Position numbers and translations under genes: made by a program. Positions 28,618 to 38,713 of a stretch of 64,000 bases of DNA are shown here, one piece after another. The DNA comes from an uncultured Oscillospiraceae bacterium. GTDB lineage: Bacteria; Bacillota; Clostridia; Oscillospirales; Ruminococcaceae. The notes beneath the pieces were generated by a model. That model made no database searches and was not told where the DNA came from. It saw nothing but the letters and a program-made list of their open reading frames with translations. Within the stretch, counting starts at the first letter, position 1. Each line of letters opens with the position of its first letter. The DNA lies in contig CAYJLI010000005.1 of NCBI GenBank assembly GCA_964371155.1, forward strand, positions 1,675 to 65,674. The letters are read 5' to 3'.

Positions 28618-30381
28618 CTATCTCCCCATAAGCCCTTTAAACTCTTCTATCTGCTCTTTTAGGGATTTCATTGCCCCTTGCCAAAACTCTATATTATTAG
28701 GATTTATCCCCATGAGTGCGCAGAGGTCACCTACATGCAGTTTGCCCGAATTTTGCAGGAAGGCGGAGTAATCCTTTATGAAATTTTCTTTGTTTTCCTT
28801 GTACATGCGGTGAAAGCCCACCGAAAGCAAAAATCCAAAGGCATAGGAGAAATTATAATAGCTTCTGTCCACATAGTAGTAATGCTCTTTATTAAGCCAT
28901 GCGTAGGGGTGGAGGAGCTCTTCATTTAGGCAGTCGCCAAAGCTTTTCTTTTGTGCGTCCACCATGAACTTCTTAATTTCATCGACATTTAGCTCTCTTA
29001 CTTCCCTCGCTTCAAACACATAGCTTTCAAAATAATATCTCGAAAGTATGTCGAGTGTGAGCTGGGATGCCCTTGTGATGTCGTTACCCATGACGATTTT
29101 TTTGGTGTTTTCATCCTGTGTTTTATATATGTAGTCCATTAAAACCATCTCGGCAAATGTAGAGGCTATTTCCGCTACTGGGATTGGGTATCTGCTGTTT
29201 ATATACTCTTCCCTGCATGATAAATGGCTATGGTATGCGTGCCCAAGCTCATGGGCGATGGTTATAACATCGTTAAAATTGCCATTAAAATTTACAAGTA
29301 TGCGGCTTTCCTTTATGCTGTGCACCGAGGCACAAAATCCACCGTACACCTTGCCGGCTCTTGGTGTAAAGTCAATCCAGTCTTCATCAAAAGCTTTTTT
29401 TGCGAGGTCGCCAAGCTCTTTATTGTAGCCATAAAATGCCGCTGTTACAAGCTCTTTTGCTTCTTCTATGCTGTATTTTTCGCTCTTTTCCCCCATTTGG
29501 GTGGGGATTTCATAGAAGGGCAGTCCTTTATTGTAGCCAAGTGATTTCGCTTTAATCTGCAAAAACTCCCTCACACTCGGGGCGTACTCTTCTATTGCAG
29601 AGAAAAGTGCTTCTATTGTTTCACTCTCCATTCTGCAATCGGAAAGGGATTTGTGCATTGGGGAAGTGTATCCCCTTATTTTTGCGATGCTTATCGCTTC
29701 GCCTTTTATATTGTTTATGCAAGCCGCCGAGATGGTTTCATGCTTTTTATATGCCTCAAGCTCGATTTCAAAGAGCTTTTGCTTTTCGTCGCTATCTTTA
29801 CCCTGCTGCATATTTCTAAATACTGTCATCGGGTAGCTTTCACCCTCGAAATCCACGCTAAGCTCGGAGGACACTCTATTTTGAAGATTTTGCCATGCTT
29901 TTGAGCCTGTAATGCTCATTAGTGCAAGGGCATTTTCTGTTTTATCGTCACATTTATATTTTTCGTTTTCCGCCATCTCGCTAAGTATGAATTCATATTT
30001 TTTAAGGAGTTGGTCGGATTTAATAATCTCATTTATATCGGCTATCCTGCCTATGTATTTTTGTAAAGTAGCCACCGCCGCTTGCAGTTCACCTGCGATA
30101 CAGCTAACAGTGTAGTCGCAGCTATGTGCCGCAGTATCATTTGTGTTTACCGACATGCTAAGCTTATTATATACATTTAGCTTCTGCCTTATCTGCTCAC
30201 AGTCATTTATTTTTACAATCGCAGTAGCAAGTACTTCTTTTGCATTGTTTATATTATTAGTATTTTCTTCTATGTAGTATTTTAGTGCGTCTATTTCTCG
30301 CTGTAAGTATTTAATGTCGTCATTTAATTTCTTGTCATCATAGCCCTTGTATATATTATCTAAATTCCAGTAATTACTCAT
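28618..30381 (-). CDS. pepF: M3B oligoendopeptidase F
   Basis: 587 aa with zinc motif HELGHAYH; AGGAG lies 7 nt upstream of the ATG. Confidence 0.88.
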   Translation of the reverse strand: MSNYWNLDNIYKGYDDKKLNDDIKYLQREIDALKYYIEENTNNINNAKEVLATAIVKINDCEQIRQKLNVYNKLSMSVNTNDTAAHSCDYTVSCIAGELQAAVATLQKYIGRIADINEIIKSDQLLKKYEFILSEMAENEKYKCDDKTENALALMSITGSKAWQNLQNRVSSELSVDFEGESYPMTVFRNMQQGKDSDEKQKLFEIELEAYKKHETISAACINNIKGEAISIAKIRGYTSPMHKSLSDCRMESETIEALFSAIEEYAPSVREFLQIKAKSLGYNKGLPFYEIPTQMGEKSEKYSIEEAKELVTAAFYGYNKELGDLAKKAFDEDWIDFTPRAGKVYGGFCASVHSIKESRILVNFNGNFNDVITIAHELGHAYHSHLSCREEYINSRYPIPVAEIASTFAEMVLMDYIYKTQDENTKKIVMGNDITRASQLTLDILSRYYFESYVFEAREVRELNVDEIKKFMVDAQKKSFGDCLNEELLHPYAWLNKEHYYYVDRSYYNFSYAFGFLLSVGFHRMYKENKENFIKDYSAFLQNSGKLHVGDLCALMGINPNNIEFWQGAMKSLKEQIEEFKGLMGR

Positions 30382-30502
30382 TTTAAGGCTCCTAAAATCA
30401 AATTTGGCCGAGCTTATTTATTAACTGATAAATAAGGCTTATATAAAATATTTTACCCCTATATGGCTTTTATTTTCCACCATAATTTTTCTCTAAACTG
30501 TA

Positions 30503-30535
30503 ACTATATCCATGCCTAAATGGCATGGATATAGT
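30503..30535 (-). terminator. 14-bp hairpin downstream of the peptide SBP gene
   Basis: actatatccatgcc (30503-30516) pairs with ggcatggatatagt (30522-30535) across a 5-nt loop; the U-tract is weak. Confidence 0.45.
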
Positions 30536-30642
30536 CGATAGATACTATCTTCCGATAGTGTTAATACTTTTTAAATTAAGGGTGTGGAGAAGAGTAGCTA
30601 ATTATTACGGATAATTTCATCTCTAAATTGCCACTCCCTAAA

Positions 30643-32190
30643 TTAAGCAGCAGGCTCTTCTACAAAGTGAGCTGTTCTGAAGTCCTGTACGCTTGTTGGG
30701 TTTGGTGCAAATCCTGCAACATCGCTACCAACAGCAACGATTTCTTCTTTTTCATAGAAAGGTACCCAAGCAGCTTCTTGGTTCATTCTGTTTTGGATTT
30801 CTACAAGCATATCAAAACGAGCTTCTGTGTCGATTTCTACACGTTGAGCGTCGAGCATCGCATCAACTTCAGCGTTCTGGAAGAATGCTGTGTTGCCTGA
30901 GAAGTGGCTTGTGGAGTAGAAGTTGTCGTATAGGGAGTCGCCGTCAGCACTTGAACCTTTACCGAGGATGTAGATTTCAAGCTCTTGGTTTTCAACAGCT
31001 TCGAGGTATGCGCCCCACTCTAAAACCTTGATTTCAGTAGTGATGCCAACTTCGCTTAGGAAAGCTTGTAGGATTTCAGCTGTTTCAACATTTGCTTGGC
31101 TATCACTTACCCAGATGTTTGTTGTTAGGCCATCAGCATAACCTGCTTCTGTAAGAAGCTCTTTGGATTTTTCTGGGTTGTAATCAAGTGCTACAACTTC
31201 GTCGCTATAGCCCCATGTGGAAGATGGTATTGTGCTGTTTGCAACTTTACCAAAACCGCCATAAACTGCGTTTACGATAGCTTGTGAGTCGATAGCATGA
31301 CCAACAGCCTGTCTTACAAGTTGGTTGGAAAGAACTTCATCTGTGCAGTTCATACCAACATAGCTGATGGAAAGGCTTGGGCCACGAAGCACTGTAACGC
31401 CTTCAGTTGTTTCGAGTCTTTCAACATCGTTTGTAGCGATGGAAAGTGCAATGTCAACACCGTCAACTTCAACTTCGATAGCTCTGTTAGCTGTTTCAGT
31501 GATTGTACGGATGATGATGTGGTCAACGCCTGTTTCTTCGCCCCAGAAATCTTCAAATCTCTGATATTCGATTCTGTCGCCTGCTACCCATTCTGTAACT
31601 GTGTAAGGGCCTGTACCAACAGGGTTTGTGGATAGGTATTCTTCGCCATGCTCTACTACTACTGCTTCTGGAACGATTGCAGCAGCTTCGTCAGAAAGGT
31701 TTGAGATGATAGGTGCGAATGGGTATAGTAGTACCATTTTGTAGTTGTAGTCATCCACTGCCACGGACTGTTCAAAGTCAATCATACCAAGTGCATTTTT
31801 AGCGTAGCCGATGTCATGTGCTCTCTTTAGGGAGAATGCAACATCGCTTGCTTTTAACTCTGTTCCGTTGTGGAACATAACGCCTTCACGGATTTTGAAA
31901 TTGATTGTTGTTTCATTTTCGTATTCCCAGCTCTCAGCAAGGTGTGGAATTGGTGCTAAATTTTCGTCGAGCGCAACGAGGTTATCGTAGAGAAGTGCTC
32001 TCGACTGGATGGATGCAACGTCATTTTTGCCGTTTCCATCAAGGGATGTAGCTTCGCTGTTGATTGCAACGATAAGTGGTCTTGATTCCGCACCTTCTTC
32101 GCCACCTGCTGTTGGCTCATCACTGGATGAGCATGCGGATAATGTTCCGGCAAGCATTATTGCTGCCAATAGTAAACTTAACTTTTTCAT
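30643..32190 (-). CDS. Peptide/nickel ABC transporter substrate-binding lipoprotein (family 5, OppA/DppA-like)
   Basis: Lipobox LLAAIMLAGTLSA|C; GGAGG 6 nt upstream of the ATG; 515 aa, a typical SBP_bac_5 length and sequence. Confidence 0.88.
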   Translation of the reverse strand: MKKLSLLLAAIMLAGTLSACSSSDEPTAGGEEGAESRPLIVAINSEATSLDGNGKNDVASIQSRALLYDNLVALDENLAPIPHLAESWEYENETTINFKIREGVMFHNGTELKASDVAFSLKRAHDIGYAKNALGMIDFEQSVAVDDYNYKMVLLYPFAPIISNLSDEAAAIVPEAVVVEHGEEYLSTNPVGTGPYTVTEWVAGDRIEYQRFEDFWGEETGVDHIIIRTITETANRAIEVEVDGVDIALSIATNDVERLETTEGVTVLRGPSLSISYVGMNCTDEVLSNQLVRQAVGHAIDSQAIVNAVYGGFGKVANSTIPSSTWGYSDEVVALDYNPEKSKELLTEAGYADGLTTNIWVSDSQANVETAEILQAFLSEVGITTEIKVLEWGAYLEAVENQELEIYILGKGSSADGDSLYDNFYSTSHFSGNTAFFQNAEVDAMLDAQRVEIDTEARFDMLVEIQNRMNQEAAWVPFYEKEEIVAVGSDVAGFAPNPTSVQDFRTAHFVEEPAA

Positions 32191-32273
32191 TTTCTACCTC
32201 CAAAATATTATATATGAATACAGCTTTAGCTGTTATCCAACAAAATGTTATGCGCAAGAATTGTGTGAAAGAT

Positions 32274-32299
32274 TTATGCGAAGTTTTTAAGAAAAACTT
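32274..32299 (-). repeat. 26-nt direct repeat, copy 1 (contains the 19-nt palindrome aagtttttaagaaaaactt)
   Basis: ttatgcGaagtttttaagaaaaactt matches 32479-32504 at 25 of 26 positions. It lies 84-109 nt upstream of the SBP ATG. Confidence 0.85.
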
Positions 32300-32478
32300 G
32301 CTTTACCATATATAAAAAGATGAAACCACAAAATCTTCTTCGCTGATTTTGTTTGCTGTGTCGCTTGTCAAACTGCAAATTTCGGTTTCATACAATAAGT
32401 ATGCGCCCTTATTTACAATTTGCCGCTTCGTGCCTTTCATCATTTTCTATATGCTACATAATAAAGACAAAATCTTTA

Positions 32479-32504
32479 TTATGCAAAGTTTTTAAGAAAA
32501 ACTT
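32479..32504 (-). repeat. 26-nt direct repeat, copy 2 (forms the last 8 codons + stop of the orphan M24 N-domain gene)
   Basis: ttatgcAaagtttttaagaaaaactt; on the minus strand it encodes ..VFLKNFA*. Confidence 0.85.
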
Positions 32505-32922
32505 CGGATGATACAAGCTTTTGTGTGAATTCTTCGCCAATAGCTTCTTTAAGCCATTTAAATCTGCCCACTGTAAGCCCATCGCAGAAAGCGCTGTCCT
32601 TTGAATAGTTTACAGCTATGCTATTTGGTGCAAGCTTTGTAAGGGTTTCTTTTAGGGTAGCCCCTGCGTCGTCACCATATTCTATAACTTCATCAAAAAG
32701 TCCGCTGTTTTTGCTCTCTAAGGAGTCTATTCTATTGGCAATCGCAAATGCTTTGCCCTCTTTTGTAATTATAAAAAATGTCTTCCCTATTGTTCTAATG
32801 CCTGTGATGGCAGTGTTTGCCTTATCGCTTCCCTCGCTTGAATATATTAGCCATAAATCGATATTATTCTCGACAAGATAGTTTGCTACTTTATTCATTT
32901 TCTCTTTATTATTCTTAGCCAT
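32479..32922 (-). CDS. Stand-alone Creatinase/Prolidase N-terminal-domain protein (M24 paralogue lacking the catalytic domain; possible gene remnant)
   Basis: 147 aa from ATG 32922 (GGAGG 5 nt upstream). It aligns by eye with the N-domain of the M24 gene at 34254-35437 (NIDLWLIYS vs NIDALLIMS; IAVNYSKDSAFCDGLTVG..LKEAIGEE vs LALNISVDENLCDGLTQG..LKLAVGEE) and stops where the pita-bread domain should begin. Confidence 0.7.
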   Translation of the reverse strand: MAKNNKEKMNKVANYLVENNIDLWLIYSSEGSDKANTAITGIRTIGKTFFIITKEGKAFAIANRIDSLESKNSGLFDEVIEYGDDAGATLKETLTKLAPNSIAVNYSKDSAFCDGLTVGRFKWLKEAIGEEFTQKLVSSEVFLKNFA

Positions 32923-33013
32923 AATAGCCTCCATTTCATTTTGCAATGTCAAAACTTTAATAGTCAGGGAAAATTATATGGGAAAATTTCTTTAAATCGC
33001 TCGAATTGTTTGG

Positions 33014-34249
33014 CTATTTGCTCTCGCATGCGAGCTTGAGTGTGGTGTGAAGTATTACCTTTGCGCCGTAATAGAGCGAGTTTTCGGTAATGCATTCATT
33101 GTGTCCATGCACTTTTTTAAGCACTTCGCTTAAGGGAATATCCCCTAAAGTAGGTGAATATCCATAGACATTATGCGCTATAAATCTGCCATCGGTATTG
33201 CCTAAGGCTACCATTGGGAGAAGTATTGCAGGCTCGTCATATTCGTCCGAGGTTTCGGCTAATACTTTTACAAAATCATCGTCTATTTCGCTTTCATACC
33301 CCAAGGTGAGCTTTGTGATTTCATACTCTATCTGAAATCCGCTCAAAATCTCTTCTACAATTTTAAGCACTTCTTCCTTGGTGTAATTTGGAATATATCT
33401 AAAGTTTAGCTTTAGCTTTGGCGTTTCACTGGGGTTTAAATCAAATTTATTCACTGTAATGGTGTTATTAGCCGAGTATTCAAGTAGGTTTTTAAGGGTT
33501 GCGTCAAGCTCTGTATATCCCTTTGTTAGCTCCTCAAAACGCTCGGTCACACGGCAAAGTCTTTTGCCAAAGCTATGTGAAGCCACTTTGTTTATAAATT
33601 CGCACGCCTCTATAAAAGCCTTATTCGTATCGGGGTTTATAAAGCTTATATCAGCCTCGCAAACACCTTTTTCGGCGGAGGCACAGATGCGAAAACGCTT
33701 ATCCCCAGCATTTATTATAAAGCCCCCACCCTCGTTAAACACATATCCTTTAGGTATTAAATCGGGGTGATTTTCGGCTAAATACTCCATGCCGTATTTA
33801 CTGCCCATCTCTTCGTCGGCAGTTGCGATTAAAATTAAATCACGATTTAATTTTAGATTGTTTCGCTTTACTAAAATTAGGGTGAGCATCTGCATAACGG
33901 TGAGGTGCTTTGTATCGAGCGTACCCCTGCCATATATGGTGCCATCAATATTTTGCGCTTCAAAGGGTGGGTAATCCCATTTGCTCTCGTCAGCCGCTAC
34001 AACATCAATATGCGATATGTAGACAAGTGGTGGCTCATTTCCCTGCCCCTCAATCTTTGCAATTAAATTGCCCCTACCGGGTGCTGATTCTATAATCCTG
34101 CTCTCGATGCCTTCTTTTGCAAGCACTTCTTTAATATACTCCACAGCCAAAGTTTCGCATTTATCCTCGGTGATGGTTTTGATTTTAATGAGGTCTGTGA
34201 GCATATCCAGTGTAAGCTGTTCTATCTCGCTATTCCATATATTATTCAT
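33014..34249 (-). CDS. M20-family metallopeptidase (ArgE/DapE/CPG2-like)
   Basis: 411 aa with motifs SHIDVV, RGTLDTKH, ADEEMGS and NEGGG. Confidence 0.85.
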   Translation of the reverse strand: MNNIWNSEIEQLTLDMLTDLIKIKTITEDKCETLAVEYIKEVLAKEGIESRIIESAPGRGNLIAKIEGQGNEPPLVYISHIDVVAADESKWDYPPFEAQNIDGTIYGRGTLDTKHLTVMQMLTLILVKRNNLKLNRDLILIATADEEMGSKYGMEYLAENHPDLIPKGYVFNEGGGFIINAGDKRFRICASAEKGVCEADISFINPDTNKAFIEACEFINKVASHSFGKRLCRVTERFEELTKGYTELDATLKNLLEYSANNTITVNKFDLNPSETPKLKLNFRYIPNYTKEEVLKIVEEILSGFQIEYEITKLTLGYESEIDDDFVKVLAETSDEYDEPAILLPMVALGNTDGRFIAHNVYGYSPTLGDIPLSEVLKKVHGHNECITENSLYYGAKVILHTTLKLACESK

Positions 34250-34253
34250 ATGA

Positions 34254-35437
34254 TTACCCTATAAGCACAAGCTCATCCTGACGCACGCTGAGTAGCTCTG
34301 CGCCATGCTCTCTTATTACAACATCCTCTTCAACTAACATGCAAGGCAGGCCGCCGTCCTGTATTACAGTTGGCTCTATTGCATAGGTTTCCCTTGTTCT
34401 TATATATGTTATCGACTGTGGACGCTCGGGGGAGAGCCTTGTGCCTGTTTCGTGGCATTCGAGTCCTATTTGATGCCCTACCGAGTGGCGCACTGTGGGG
34501 TATCCACCCTGCTCGATAACAGTCCTTGCCGCTAAATCCACATCGCATCCACGCAGTGAAGTGCCTATCACTTCGATTGCTTTGGTGATAGCATTGTGTG
34601 CGGTTTCAAATGCGTGCTGTACATCCGCAGGCGCTTTTGTTTCGCCCTCTTTTAGGAAGTAGGCAGTTCTTGCAATGTCGGAAACATATCCACAGTATCT
34701 CACGCTGAAATCGCAAATGAGAATATCGCCCGGTATCGACTTTGTTTCCCCAGGGCCTCTGTGGGCAAGTCCTGCACGCACTAAGCAAACTATCGGATAG
34801 TCGTAATCGCCACCGATGCCATTTACTACATTATATCTTTTAAGGCCATCTATAAATAAATCGGCAATCTCGATTTCGGTCATACCGCATTTAATGCTAC
34901 TGAACACATCTGCATAAATCATCTGTGTATATTTTACCGCTTCTCTTAGGCAGAGAATTTCGGTGTCCGATTTTTGGCTTCTAATTTCCATTAAAATAGG
35001 CTCGGAGGAAGTTTCGATTTCGCTGAGTTTCTCTTCGCCGACAGCAAGCTTTAAAGTCTCGTAAAGACCCTGTGTTAAGCCGTCGCAAAGATTTTCATCC
35101 ACCGATATATTGAGCGCTAATTTGGATATATTCCTTTTAGCGAGTTCTTCTTTTAACACTGGGAGAATGTCCTCAGCATAAGAAACTATATTGCTTTTAA
35201 ACAGCGGTGAATCCTCAAAAAGATGCTTTTCGCTCTCATGCACTATCGCAAGATGGTCATTATTTGCATCAATTATAGCCACGCAGGTTTTCTCACTTCT
35301 GTTGCCCGTGATAAAGGGCAGATTGCCATCGGTATTATCACGTGACATAATCAGCAGTGCATCGATATTTTTATCTTTTAGTAAATTAACTACTTGTGCC
35401 GTTTTTTCCATTGGAATATCGTATTTATTTAGTTGCA
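34254..35437 (-). CDS. M24-family Xaa-Pro peptidase
   Basis: Start at ATG 35437 (MQLNKY). Its SD GAGGTG overlaps the TGA of the upstream 101-aa gene. Catalytic motifs: DFSVRYCGYVSDIART, GHQIGLECHE, IEPTV. Confidence 0.85.
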
Positions 35438-35443
35438 TAGCTA

Positions 35444-35749
35444 TCACCTCTTAATCATTATTTTCACAGAATATGGGCTAAAATAATTTGCTAAAACTTC
35501 CTGTATTTGCTCTTCTTTTGCCTCGGATGCAGAGTTTACCTCAATATCGAATTCGCATTCATTTATGAGTCCACTGCGGTTGCCACCACGAAATGAAGTG
35601 ATTTTAATCTCTTCGGCGTCTATCGGGCTGTTTTCACTGTTGAGCTTTTTTATAATTGCGGTCGCATTTTTTAGCCCCTCGTTTTGGGTGTAGTAGGGAT
35701 TTGCCGATTTACTGCGCTCGTAATAGGCGGTAAAATTATAGCTTGTCAT
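35444..35749 (-). CDS. Hypothetical 101-aa protein, function unknown
   Basis: GAGAGGA SD 6 nt upstream of the ATG; the stop is embedded in the SD of the next gene. No TM segment, no signal peptide, no motif I recognise. Confidence 0.6.
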   Translation of the reverse strand: MTSYNFTAYYERSKSANPYYTQNEGLKNATAIIKKLNSENSPIDAEEIKITSFRGGNRSGLINECEFDIEVNSASEAKEEQIQEVLANYFSPYSVKIMIKR

Positions 35750-35801
35750 TCTCTATTCCTCTCTTTTAAGCAATATTTAAAGCTAATAAATAATGCCTAA
35801 A

Positions 35802-36746
35802 TTACACATTATGGCATGCCACAAAATGCCCCTCGCCCATATCTTTGAGCTGTGGTTGCTCATTTCTGCAAATATCGGTGGTCATTGGGCATCTCGGTGC
35901 AAACCTACATCCCGGCTTTGGATCTATCGGGGATGAAATTTCACCTTTTAGTATAATTCTATTTTTCTCTTTTTTAATTTTAGGCACGGGAATAGCCGAT
36001 AAAAGTGCTTTTGTATATGGGTGAATTGGGTTTTTAAACAACTCTCTCGACGAGCAGTTTTCCACCAAATTCCCAAGATACATAACGCAGATTTCATCGG
36101 AAATATGTTTAACAACGCTTAAGTCGTGGGTGATAAATACAAATGTGAGATTTCTCTGCGCTTGTAAATCCTGCATGAGGTTTAGTATCTGCGCCTGAAT
36201 GGAAACATCGAGCGCACTAACAGGCTCATCGCAAACGATGAATTTCGGATTTAGCGCAAGCGCACGAGCTATGCCTACACGCTGACGACGACCACCGTCG
36301 AGCTCATGTGGATAGACATGTTCAAGCCTTCTTGCAAGACCAACAGTCTCCATTATTTCGGAAACTTTTTGATTGTATTCATCCTTGCTATTGCAAATGT
36401 TAAAAGTTTTTAGTGGCTCCACTATAATCTGGCTTATGGATTTTCTCGGATTGAGCGAAGAAAAGGGATCTTGGAATATCATCTGCATATTGCGTCTTAA
36501 ATCTTTTAGCTCGGCATTTTTAAGGTTGGTTACATCCCTGCCCTCAAAATAAATGCTCCCTGCTGTGGGCTCAAGTAGATGGAGTATTACTTTTCCGAGT
36601 GTGGATTTACCACAACCCGACTCACCTACTACGCCAAGGGTTTTTCCTGCTTCAAGTTTAAAGCTAACACCATCAACGGCATGAAGTGTGCCCTTTGGTG
36701 TGTAAAAATGTTTTTTAAGGTCTTTAATTTCTAATAAGGTACTCAC
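35802..36746 (-). CDS. Oligopeptide/dipeptide ABC transporter ATP-binding protein (OppF/DppF-type)
   Basis: 314 aa with GESGCGKST, signature-equivalent LDGGRRQRV, Walker [13 protein letters not shown] and the C-terminal oligopeptide-type extension with Cys residues. Confidence 0.9.
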   Translation of the reverse strand: MSTLLEIKDLKKHFYTPKGTLHAVDGVSFKLEAGKTLGVVGESGCGKSTLGKVILHLLEPTAGSIYFEGRDVTNLKNAELKDLRRNMQMIFQDPFSSLNPRKSISQIIVEPLKTFNICNSKDEYNQKVSEIMETVGLARRLEHVYPHELDGGRRQRVGIARALALNPKFIVCDEPVSALDVSIQAQILNLMQDLQAQRNLTFVFITHDLSVVKHISDEICVMYLGNLVENCSSRELFKNPIHPYTKALLSAIPVPKIKKEKNRIILKGEISSPIDPKPGCRFAPRCPMTTDICRNEQPQLKDMGEGHFVACHNV

Positions 36747-37741
36747 TCTTTACCTCCGCTAAGCTCTTCTTCAAACAAAAAGCATTTTATTTTATGTGTT
36801 TCGCTTGCATTAATAAGCGCTGGAATTTCATTGTGACATTTCTCGATTGCATGTGGACATCTCGGTGCGAAATTACATCCCTCTGGCAGTGCTGTTGGGT
36901 CGGGCATAAGTCCTTCGATAGGAGTTAGTCTGCTCACCTCTTCTTCGAGGTTTGGTATTGAACCAAAAAGGCCTACTGTATATGGGTGTTTTGTTCTTTC
37001 GTATATGTCCTCAAGTGTTCCACTCTCCACTATTTCACCAGCATACATAATTGCCACTTTATCGCACACCTCAGCCACAACGCCAAGGTCATGAGTTATC
37101 AGTATCATCGCTGTATTAAGCTCGCTTTTAAGATTGCTCATCAAATCGAGCACCTGCGCCTGTATGGTAACATCGAGTGCAGTTGTAGGCTCATCCGCTA
37201 TGATAAGTGATGGGGTACAAGCAAGTGCAATCGCAATAACCACCCTCTGCTTCATACCGCCCGAGAACTGATGTGGGTATTCGCTGTAACGCTCCCCAGG
37301 TATACCAACCAATTGGAGAAGCTCCACCGCTTTTGCGCTCGCATCCATTTTGCTAAGCTGCTCATGAAGTCTTATAACTTCGGCAATTTGATCTCCCACT
37401 GTTACAACAGGGTTTAGGGAGGTCATAGGGTCTTGGAAAATCATGCTGATTTTATTACCCCTAATTGCACGGATATCTTTTTTACCCAGCTTTAAAACAT
37501 CTTCTCCCTCGAAGAATATTTCGCCGTTTATTATTTTCCCCGGTGGGTCTGGCACAAGATTTAATATGCCGAGTGCTGTGGTGGTTTTTCCTGCACCTGT
37601 TTCGCCAACAAGCCCGAGTGTTTCCCCTTTAGCTACCTCAAGGCTTATATTATTAACTGCTTTCACAGTTCCATCATCCGTAACATAATGGATGATTAAG
37701 TCTTTAATTTCAAGTATCTTTTCGCTCACAGTTAGCTCCAT
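36743..37741 (-). CDS. Oligopeptide/dipeptide ABC transporter ATP-binding protein (OppD/DppD-type)
   Basis: 332 aa with [18 protein letters not shown] and [11 protein letters not shown]; 4-nt overlap with the next gene. Confidence 0.9.
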   Translation of the reverse strand: MELTVSEKILEIKDLIIHYVTDDGTVKAVNNISLEVAKGETLGLVGETGAGKTTTALGILNLVPDPPGKIINGEIFFEGEDVLKLGKKDIRAIRGNKISMIFQDPMTSLNPVVTVGDQIAEVIRLHEQLSKMDASAKAVELLQLVGIPGERYSEYPHQFSGGMKQRVVIAIALACTPSLIIADEPTTALDVTIQAQVLDLMSNLKSELNTAMILITHDLGVVAEVCDKVAIMYAGEIVESGTLEDIYERTKHPYTVGLFGSIPNLEEEVSRLTPIEGLMPDPTALPEGCNFAPRCPHAIEKCHNEIPALINASETHKIKCFLFEEELSGGKE

Positions 37742-37837
37742 TCTACCGCTTTGTATTACTGATATATTTTAGATAAAATCTCCGTATAGCGGCTACTTAG
37801 AGATTATTATTTAGTATTAATGTTTATAAATTATCGC

Positions 37838-38713
37838 TTAGTCTTTAAGCCTTGGGTCGAGTGCATCCCTTAGTCCGTCGCCAAATATATTGAGTGCGTA
37901 AATTGTAAGCATTATGGCAAGACCTGGGAAGGTAGCCATGTACCAATCACTGCGCAGATACTGTCTCGCTGAGGAGAGCATTGCGCCCCATTCCGGCTCT
38001 GGAGGTGTGATACCAAGACCTAAGAAGCTAAGCGCCGACGCCGATAGAATAGCCCCCGCCACACCGAGTGTAGCCTGTACTATAATAGGTGCCATTGCAT
38101 TTGGCAGAATGTGCTCTATGATAATTCTTCTATCGCTTACACCAATACTCTTTGCCGCTTCTATGTATTCCTGCTCTTTAACGGTGAGCACTGAAGCCCT
38201 TACAATTCTCGCATAGGAGGGAATAGAGCCAAATCCTATTGCAATCATCATATTATTAAGACCTGGGCCGAGTGCAGAAGCAAGTGCTATTGCCAAAAGC
38301 ATCCCTGGGATTGCAAGCATTATATCCATGAAACGCATGATGATATTATCAGTTCTTTTTCCATAGAACGCCGCAATAGCTCCCAGTGTACCGCCTATGA
38401 GAGCCGCTACACCAACAGCGATAAATCCAACAGTCAGCGATACTCTACTTCCATATATAACACGGCTGAGTATGTCACGCCCTGAGCTGTCCGTACCAAA
38501 TGGATGCTCCCAGCTTGGCGGATTGCGCACTATTTGAAGATTTTGCTCGTCATAGGGATATGGTGCAATAAAATCTGCAAAAATTGCAATGAAAACCAAT
38601 GCAACAATTACATAAAACCCGAACATAGCCATTTTATTTTTATTTAGTCTGCGCCATACATCCAGCCACAGACTGCGTCTTTTATATGTGTTTTGTTGAT
38701 TATTCTTCGCCAT
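37838..38713 (-). CDS. Oligopeptide/dipeptide ABC transporter permease (OppC/DppC-type)
   Basis: 291 aa with an N-terminal OppC_N-like segment and an EAA loop (YIEAAKSIGVSDRRIIIEHILPN). Confidence 0.9.
   Translation of the reverse strand: MAKNNQQNTYKRRSLWLDVWRRLNKNKMAMFGFYVIVALVFIAIFADFIAPYPYDEQNLQIVRNPPSWEHPFGTDSSGRDILSRVIYGSRVSLTVGFIAVGVAALIGGTLGAIAAFYGKRTDNIIMRFMDIMLAIPGMLLAIALASALGPGLNNMMIAIGFGSIPSYARIVRASVLTVKEQEYIEAAKSIGVSDRRIIIEHILPNAMAPIIVQATLGVAGAILSASALSFLGLGITPPEPEWGAMLSSARQYLRSDWYMATFPGLAIMLTIYALNIFGDGLRDALDPRLKD

Noticed and set aside
32281-32299. The 19-nt palindrome read as a CodY box
   Set aside because: The best alignment to AATTTTCWGAAAATT gives only about 10/15 matches. 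The CodY idea is kept as a hypothesis in the finding but not called as a site.
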